A stretch of 64,000 bases of DNA from the IMG/VR virus record IMGVR_UViG_3300009500_000012; one strand, written 5' to 3'. This stretch comes from an uncultured virus (IMG/VR IMGVR_UViG_3300009500_000012). Its lineage: Duplodnaviria; Heunggongvirae; Uroviricota; Caudoviricetes. Shown one piece after another: positions 58,038 through 64,000 of the stretch. Positions within the stretch are counted from its first letter, which is position 1, and every line of letters starts with the position of its first letter. A model generated the notes under the pieces. That model saw nothing but the letters and a program-made list of their open reading frames with translations. It made no database searches and had not been told where the DNA came from. A program made the position numbers and the translations under genes.

Positions 58038-58232
58038 AAGTAGTGTATCAATCTCTTACAGTTATTGCAAACAACAACAACAACAACATTCTATTTATTA
58101 TATACAGCAGAACAGGAAACCAAGCGTATACTCTTGGCTCCCTATCTGTGTAGTAGTCCTCATGGAGTGAGCGACTTGCATTTAGTATACCAAAGAGGAG
58201 CAGTTTTGTCAAGAACTGCCCCTCCCTGTATT

Positions 58233-59204
58233 CTAGACCTCTACGAGGTACTTGAGGACTTCATCCTTCAAGGGTTCATCAAAGGTGCGGATATACTTGC
58301 GTTCGAGCGCACCGTTCGGGTTGTCCTTGGTTTGGTTAGTAGCCCGGTCATGGTCGAGGTAATCAACCGTGGCATTCCAGAGGCCGTAGGCGGTATCACG
58401 CACGTTCGCGATATCGGCAGCATTGAGCGCCTTATTGAACAGGTTACGACCCTTTTCAATTTCGGTTTCCTTGCGCTTACCAATCGACATTTCGGGAAGA
58501 GGAAGGAGGATTTGGTCACGAACGAATTCGATTTCCTTCGTGGTGACAGGCTTCTTGAGAAGGCCATTCATCACATCTTCAAACTTCGTGAAGTAATCTC
58601 CCGAGATTTTCAGAACGTCACGGGCCGCAAGAACCAGAGTGTTGGTATCCATTTGGTTCCCGATATGCTTGACACGGAAGGTATTCTTTGCACCTTGCAA
58701 GGCAGCAGTAAGGGTATTTTGGCAAACCACCCGAACCGGAGTAATCACGCAGATAAAGGAACCTTTGCCGTCGTGATGATTCAGAAGCAGGATGTAACGA
58801 GAGATTTCATCCCCGGCAATTTTAGTGATGTTAGGAAGGCGCATCAGAATCCATACGCGCTGCCCATTATCGAACGTGCCCGCCGTTTCAAAGAGGGACT
58901 CGTTCTGGATGCCCGTAATCGCCTCTGCGAGATTAAAGGCTTCTTCATTCTGAAGAGGTTTGTAGCGTTTCGTAACCGTACCGAGGATACGCTTCTCATC
59001 CATACGCACGACATTGAATGCGCCGTGATTCGGGATGAATTCTTCGCCGACTTTGGCATAAGAAGGATGGAGTTCTACAGTCCAATCAAGGCCACCAAGA
59101 ACGCGGGCTTGAAGGGCGTTTAAGTCATGGTCGGGCACAACGCCAAGACCATGCCACGGGGTTTCACGAACGGAGACGATGGAAGTGATATTTCCAGCCG
59201 ACAT
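58233..59204 (-). CDS. DUF932/DUF945 phage/plasmid-like protein
   Basis: PWHGLG, YKPLQNEEAF, ETAG, NHHDGKGS, VRVVCQNTL, AYGLWNA. Confidence 0.85.
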   Translation of the reverse strand: MSAGNITSIVSVRETPWHGLGVVPDHDLNALQARVLGGLDWTVELHPSYAKVGEEFIPNHGAFNVVRMDEKRILGTVTKRYKPLQNEEAFNLAEAITGIQNESLFETAGTFDNGQRVWILMRLPNITKIAGDEISRYILLLNHHDGKGSFICVITPVRVVCQNTLTAALQGAKNTFRVKHIGNQMDTNTLVLAARDVLKISGDYFTKFEDVMNGLLKKPVTTKEIEFVRDQILLPLPEMSIGKRKETEIEKGRNLFNKALNAADIANVRDTAYGLWNATVDYLDHDRATNQTKDNPNGALERKYIRTFDEPLKDEVLKYLVEV

Positions 59205-59425
59205 ACTTTGTTCTTTATTCCTTTCAGGAGTTGGGGAGAACAAAATGATAGTACCAACTTCTGGTAGATAATGCAAGTGCCAATTTTTAGAGTGGTCCTA
59301 TTTATTATAAGACTGAACAGGTTTTCAAGGATTTTACTCCTCGAAAACCTCAGACTCATCTACTCCATGATACATGAAGTAAACAAGCGTACTACAAACC
59401 AGAATCCACAACAAAGTCATCATGA

Positions 59426-59728
59426 TTAAATTTGTTGAAACTTCTTATTGAATTTTTGACTATAGTGTTCCAACTTCATGTCCAAATAGGGCTTACCTTC
59501 GGGGGTATTATACCAATTTGGAATTCCTGCCAGGTTGTCATTCTTACAACGAACCATTAATTCTGCAAGTTCATCGGCAGTTAGGACTTGCGAAGTAGGC
59601 GTAAAGAATTCTACGCGGTCCGAAGAAATAAATTCTGCTTGGCAGATGAAAGTTCCAGGTTTAAATGGATAGACGTTTTCTCCATCCATGATAAGGAAAT
59701 TCCAACCATTTTCAAATTTCAATTCCAT
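59426..59728 (-). CDS. hypothetical protein
   Basis: 100 aa. Confidence 0.55.
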   Translation of the reverse strand: MELKFENGWNFLIMDGENVYPFKPGTFICQAEFISSDRVEFFTPTSQVLTADELAELMVRCKNDNLAGIPNWYNTPEGKPYLDMKLEHYSQKFNKKFQQI

Positions 59729-59730
59729 AT

Positions 59731-59913
59731 TTAAATTGTACCATCCTTTTTAGGTTTTTGCAAACGCTGGTTCTCTTCTTCTTCTGCTGCATATTCAGGA
59801 ATCTCAAACCGCTGTTCGTAAAGCCTTTGATACAGTTTATTATAATTAAAAGCCGGATACGTACCCCTGTAGGGGTTATAGCAAGGCTTACCTGTTGGCG
59901 AAATGATTTTCAA
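59731..59913 (-). CDS. hypothetical protein
   Basis: 60 aa. Confidence 0.45.
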   Translation of the reverse strand: MKIISPTGKPCYNPYRGTYPAFNYNKLYQRLYEQRFEIPEYAAEEEENQRLQKPKKDGTI

Positions 59914-59918
59914 TGGAA

Positions 59919-60251
59919 TTAACTACTAGTTTTTTTGTAGTCATCAAAATCTTTGAAAGGACCTTGAGGACGCAAAGCCTCGCGCACGATATATTCCATT
60001 TCTGAAATGGCTGCGTCATCAGGAGTTTCATCAGCATCTTCGCCACGTTGACGAATGGCTTCCTTAACAAACCTTTTAGAAGGTTTGATTCCTGCTACAT
60101 CAATTAAAGTAGCAACGACAATCTGAGCAATATCTTCGGGTTCCATAGTAACGAGGTTTGTTTCTTCGTTGTATTTTGGAGCAAATTCGATATCTTCTGT
60201 GTTTTCCATATCCTCATTATACCATTTGAGTTCAGAAAAATCAAGCCGCAA
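59919..60251 (-). CDS. hypothetical protein (start likely 60209)
   Basis: TATAAT and GAGGA before ATG 60209. Confidence 0.55.
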   Translation of the reverse strand: MRLDFSELKWYNEDMENTEDIEFAPKYNEETNLVTMEPEDIAQIVVATLIDVAGIKPSKRFVKEAIRQRGEDADETPDDAAISEMEYIVREALRPQGPFKDFDDYKKTSS

Positions 60252-60873
60252 TCTTCAAAGGAATAGCAGGCTGACGCTTTAGTTTTTCAACCCTATGAGA
60301 CTTTGTAAGACGAATCCATGCCAACCAGCATATTGCCTGCAATTCATAGGGACGCAAACCAAACTTCTTGGCAGCAATCTTATATGCACTAGCAATAGTG
60401 TCATAATCAGTATCAGTTAGGGACCAAGGTTCAGAACGCTTGCCCATATAGATTGAAAATGCATGAATGTCTACAGTAACTTCTTTTGATTCTGTATAGC
60501 CAATATTATGACAGAATGAACGCACCTTCTTGCTAGTATACGCAAGCGAAGGATTGTTCTCACGAAGAATTCTAAAGGCTTTTTCCTTATTCTTTGTGAA
60601 AGTCCCAACTCGAATAGATTCTGGACCTCGACCTTCTGAATTTGCTTGGAGAACCGTAACCAAATCCTTTAGGTTCTGTTTCCATTTATTTCGCGGAGAA
60701 AGGGCCGCAAGAACCGCAATAGCAGTATCAAGAGGAACATTAAACTTACCTGCGGCTTCAGCACAATATGCGCGAGCCACAAGATACCAATTCAATCCAT
60801 CAATTTTTTCTGCTGCGGTGGCCTGTTCATAGACCTTTAGAATATTGGCAATTCCTGTACGCTTATTTTTCAT
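60241..60873 (-). CDS. phage protein, possible HhH-GPD glycosylase-like (DUF7178-type)
   Basis: GLNWY, AVLAALSPRNKW.QN, KVRSF..NI, VTVDIHA, LQAICW. Confidence 0.65.
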   Translation of the reverse strand: MKNKRTGIANILKVYEQATAAEKIDGLNWYLVARAYCAEAAGKFNVPLDTAIAVLAALSPRNKWKQNLKDLVTVLQANSEGRGPESIRVGTFTKNKEKAFRILRENNPSLAYTSKKVRSFCHNIGYTESKEVTVDIHAFSIYMGKRSEPWSLTDTDYDTIASAYKIAAKKFGLRPYELQAICWLAWIRLTKSHRVEKLKRQPAIPLKIAA

Positions 60874-60987
60874 ATCGAAAAGATTATATCAGATTGAAAA
60901 AGTTATCGCAAGGGCTTGCTCGCTTCTGTTTTATTTATAATATATTTAATTAAAAAGAGGGCTCCTTGTTGTAAGGAGCCCCCTTTA

Positions 60988-61647
60988 TTAAAGTGAACAG
61001 TAAATCGGTTCTTTCATTTTGATTGCCCTCTTCAAGAAGGTAACCAACGCTTTTTGACGAGACTTGAAGTAAGCAGAATTCTTCTCAAACTCTTTCTGAT
61101 ACTCTTCTGCTTGTTCTTTGGCATACTTTTGATAGGTTGTATTATCTTTAAGTTTACGTTCAATGACCTGTTTAAGGTCAATTTCGAAGTCTAACTTTTT
61201 GAGAAGTTCTTTTGCTTGTTCAGGATGAAGATAATTTGCAGAATGTTCATCCCCATCAAAAGGGCATTCTTTATCTTCACGCAAAGGGCAAGGCGTTCCA
61301 TCTTCGTGACGGAGCATCGGAGACACATCTTGCCACCAAGAGAAGTAACCAAGGCTAGAAAGTCCCCAACTATTGTAGGGGTCTCGGAAATATCCGCCAC
61401 CATCATTCATGGCTTTATAGTATTTATTAACTTTCTTCTGAGCATCATTCAGAAGTTTAACTTTTTCCCGAAGTGCTGCGGGAGGTCGTGGAGTAGGACG
61501 AATTCCCCAAACATCTTTCATGTAAGGTTGGACTTCAGGAAATTTATTCGCTATATCATCGCGCGTTTTGACCGCAATATTGAAAAGAGGTTTGTACTTT
61601 GCATCCTGCTTTTGAGAAATGCTTTCGATATAAAGGTCCGCTCCCAA
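60988..61647 (-). CDS. phage hypothetical protein (leadered)
   Basis: AAGGAG + TTG; GADLY..YFRDPYN. Confidence 0.7.
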   Translation of the reverse strand: MGADLYIESISQKQDAKYKPLFNIAVKTRDDIANKFPEVQPYMKDVWGIRPTPRPPAALREKVKLLNDAQKKVNKYYKAMNDGGGYFRDPYNSWGLSSLGYFSWWQDVSPMLRHEDGTPCPLREDKECPFDGDEHSANYLHPEQAKELLKKLDFEIDLKQVIERKLKDNTTYQKYAKEQAEEYQKEFEKNSAYFKSRQKALVTFLKRAIKMKEPIYCSL

Positions 61648-61726
61648 ATCTTTCTCCTTGAATTCTTGTGAAGTAGTTGTGGACTAATTATAGCAATGAT
61701 TTTTAGTTATTGCAAACCACAACTAC

Positions 61727-62212
61727 TTACCAAGAAGCCTGGTAGTAGAAACTACAGTCGCGGGCTGCTTCATCTTCAAGAAGGAATTTAAGACGGTCCC
61801 TAGTGTATTCCAAGTCATGGAGATAGTATTCGTCAATTTCGGTACTACCAAAAAAGAACCCAGACTGAGGAGTAAGAAGTTCCTCTGCCTTTTCAAAATC
61901 TCCAGCCTTATAGGCTTCGATTGCTTGAACACAGGTATCCCGAAGTTTTTCGAGTTGTTCTCTTTCAACATACGAACGTTGACATTCATCCTTACCATCT
62001 TGAACATTTTGGACAAACCAAGAATGAATCGCATTCGCTTTACGCCAATAAGCAACAGTCACTTCGACATAAATGCTAGGCGTAGACTTCTCAAGAAGAT
62101 GAGTCATGTTGGATGCTTCTAAAACAAGAGGAACCATCTTCTTGTCTGTCTCACTTGAGAACTCGTAGTTCGAGGCGTATTTTTCCGCCATGAGGTACAT
62201 ATCTAATCCCAT
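61727..62212 (-). CDS. phage hypothetical protein
   Basis: MGLDMYL, YWRKANAIH.WF, GFFFGS, YYQASW. Confidence 0.8.
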   Translation of the reverse strand: MGLDMYLMAEKYASNYEFSSETDKKMVPLVLEASNMTHLLEKSTPSIYVEVTVAYWRKANAIHSWFVQNVQDGKDECQRSYVEREQLEKLRDTCVQAIEAYKAGDFEKAEELLTPQSGFFFGSTEIDEYYLHDLEYTRDRLKFLLEDEAARDCSFYYQASW

Positions 62213-62319
62213 GTACGTACTATATCAAAACCTGTAAGTTATTGCAAATACATACATGCGCGTTCAATTTATTATATTTATGAAAAAAATCAGCCTGCTT
62301 ATTAGGCAGGCTGCTGTGT

Positions 62320-63051
62320 TTACAACTTCTCAGTTTTGATAAGGTCGTTTTCGAGAAGAAGTCTCAAAACTTCCGGGAGAGGTTCTTCACCTTCATAGGC
62401 ATTTAGAGGGTCCCCAGGAGTCTTGAAGCGAGTATACAACTTCTCATAATTAGACTTTACATTATTAATTTTACGAAGAAAGAAGGTTTGAAGATATTTA
62501 TTTTCCCAAATAGTGGCGTCTACATTGTAGATTGCATTTGAGTATTCGTTGTTAATATACGAACTCAAAATTTGAGTGGCATTATCTTGAATATCTGCCC
62601 CATCCATTTCACCATCATCGCCAAATTCTTCACCCCGCCAGCGAACACTTCCAGAAACTTTATACCCCCAGGGTGTCAAGAAGTTGTGGCAAATGTAGGC
62701 AAACCATTCCTTGTATCTGTAGAATTTTTCTCCGCCATCCCATTCAATACCTTGAAGGTCTTGTGTAGGAACCCATTGACACCAAAGGCCAGGTTGAGTA
62801 CGAGGAGGTTCATTGTAGTCAATAACGCTAGTTAATATTGCTTCATTAATATCATCGCCTACATAAAATTCTCCATCAATACCTGGAGGCAAATGAACGG
62901 CAATTCGAACTTCATCAGGAAGAATAGCAGTTGCTTTCTGACTACGAAACATTCTTCGGGTATCAGCAAACTTTTTTAAATAAAGTGCTTGGTTTTGAGT
63001 TAAAGGTCTGTCTAAATCAAACCGACCACGGAATTGAGTGTCATAACCCAT
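62320..63051 (-). CDS. phage hypothetical protein
   Basis: MGY.T.F.G.F, QPGLWCQW, WDGGEKFY. Confidence 0.75.
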   Translation of the reverse strand: MGYDTQFRGRFDLDRPLTQNQALYLKKFADTRRMFRSQKATAILPDEVRIAVHLPPGIDGEFYVGDDINEAILTSVIDYNEPPRTQPGLWCQWVPTQDLQGIEWDGGEKFYRYKEWFAYICHNFLTPWGYKVSGSVRWRGEEFGDDGEMDGADIQDNATQILSSYINNEYSNAIYNVDATIWENKYLQTFFLRKINNVKSNYEKLYTRFKTPGDPLNAYEGEEPLPEVLRLLLENDLIKTEKL

Positions 63052-63398
63052 TATAAATTAAAAACCTTTGCCCTTTCAGGATTTACAGGAAGTTTAATAC
63101 CCTTGACCGTTACATGGATATCTTCAGAGATATCCTGGCAGATAAATCCAGGCGAACAAGGACACGCACAGCCTGCGTAGTGCGACCATCGAATGCCCTT
63201 TATAGGCACATCAATGTTTAGTTGCTTAAAAACCTCTGGAAGAAGTTTTCGGTATTCCTTGTGAGGTTCGACACCCCGAGCCACAAGCATATCAAAGACG
63301 CCTGCGCCTTGTACAAAGAAGTAAATTCGACCATTTCTCTTTCGATAATTGCGCCGATTGGCAGGAGAAAAGAATTTCGCTTTCACAATTTCTAACAT
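63051..63398 (-). CDS. phage hypothetical protein
   Basis: leaderless; WS.YAGC.CPCSPGF. Confidence 0.75.
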   Translation of the reverse strand: MLEIVKAKFFSPANRRNYRKRNGRIYFFVQGAGVFDMLVARGVEPHKEYRKLLPEVFKQLNIDVPIKGIRWSHYAGCACPCSPGFICQDISEDIHVTVKGIKLPVNPERAKVFNL

Positions 63399-63483
63399 AT
63401 GAGTATCTTACATTATTTTTGAAGTTATTGCAAATGCTGATTAGTCCCTACTACATTAAGAGACAGGTTCAATGTAGTAGAGA

Positions 63484-63792
63484 CTAAATCTTATAAACTT
63501 CTTCGGGACGCACTTCATGGACATAGGACATAGCCCGGCGAACGGTTCTATCCGTTTCGTCCACAAGATGGCATATTGTGAAATGAATGTCTGATTCAAA
63601 TAACGAAGCCTTCAACTTCTGAATCATAGAAGGAGGACCCTGCAACTTCTCTAAGAAGGAGGGTTTTAGTAAGGGCGTGTTAGCCCTATGAGAGGTCGTA
63701 CAGCAACCTCTCCGGCAGCGAAGTTCCTTCTCATATGTTACATCAATATGATTGGGAGTGAGTAATTCGGAATCAACATGTTCTAAAAACAT
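63484..63792 (-). CDS. early hypothetical protein
   Basis: TTGACT-17-TATAAT-6-ATG. Confidence 0.7.
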   Translation of the reverse strand: MFLEHVDSELLTPNHIDVTYEKELRCRRGCCTTSHRANTPLLKPSFLEKLQGPPSMIQKLKASLFESDIHFTICHLVDETDRTVRRAMSYVHEVRPEEVYKI

Positions 63793-64000
63793 ATTGACAT
63801 TATATCATATTTGAAGTGTTTAGTCAAAGAATGAAGCATAAGATAATTGATAAGAATACCACAGCAATCTGTCCATCTTATCAAGAACTCCTACATTATG
63901 ACCGCGCTTCTTCATTTCGTTGAAGAAGTGACCCTTGTAGCGTTCAGTATCTGTAATGGCATCTTCAACACCAAGTATCTTGGCATCGTTAATAGCCTTG

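Larger units (their letters stand above)
33651..62276 (-). repeat. dispersed TATAATAAATWG motif at block boundaries
   Basis: copies near 33651, 36191, 37907, 41953, 42709, 45406, 45791, 46797, 49372, 56421, 58091, 59298, 62265; inverted at 50611, 53301. Confidence 0.75.
34378..63827 (-). promoter_or_regulatory. array of about 60 dispersed sigma70-type early promoters, mostly leaderless
   Basis: plus strand reads ATTATA/AGTATA-N17-TGTCAA/TTGCAA, e.g. 34384-34412, 34562-34590, 35306-35334, 37424-37452, 40203-40231, 41653-41681, 46041-46069, 56913-56941. Confidence 0.92.

Noticed and set aside
58065..59123. 352 aa plus-strand ORF
   Set aside because: Antisense shadow of the DUF932 gene; no motifs or promoter
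63441..63487. Long hairpin TTAGTC-CTACTACATT/AATGTAGTAG-GACTAA
   Set aside because: Sits at a gene end; adequately explained as a terminator or stabiliser
34378..63827. CRISPR array or integron attC interpretation of the repeats
   Set aside because: Repeats are degenerate promoters with variable gene-sized spacing; no attC hairpins, integrase or cas operon seen
1..64000. Alternative genetic code (stop reassignment)
   Set aside because: Long genes are intact under the standard code, and TAG and TGA end genes at sensible boundaries

Overview
The window looks like part of a large (jumbo-type) dsDNA phage genome with two very different halves. Left half (~1-33.4 kb) is very AT-rich. It carries an intein-containing terminase large subunit, a GT-B glycosyltransferase, a Cas4-like nuclease, low-complexity putative head proteins, a P-loop kinase, Hsp20, two T5orf172/GIY-YIG proteins, AlkB, an ATP-grasp protein, a DRB0094/Rnl5-type RNA ligase and three paralogous Ser/Thr-rich proteins. 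Right half (~33.7-64 kb) is abruptly GC-richer and transcribed on the minus strand. It is an array of about 60 (hand count) cassettes, each with its own near-consensus sigma70 promoter (TTGACA/TTGCAA-N17-TATAAT), mostly firing leaderless mRNAs (start codon 6-7 nt after the -10). The upstream gene's stop codon often lies inside the next promoter, and blocks end in a terminator followed by a TATAATAAATWG motif. About ten cassettes have no ORF and predict structured ncRNAs. These include three tRNA mimics whose anticodon loop is replaced by a 40-100 nt branched domain, two of them at the 3' end of larger structured RNAs; this is the best candidate for an undescribed system. A canonical tRNA-Leu(UAA) overlaps an HNH gene. 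All calls come from manual motif reading; no searches or folding were run.
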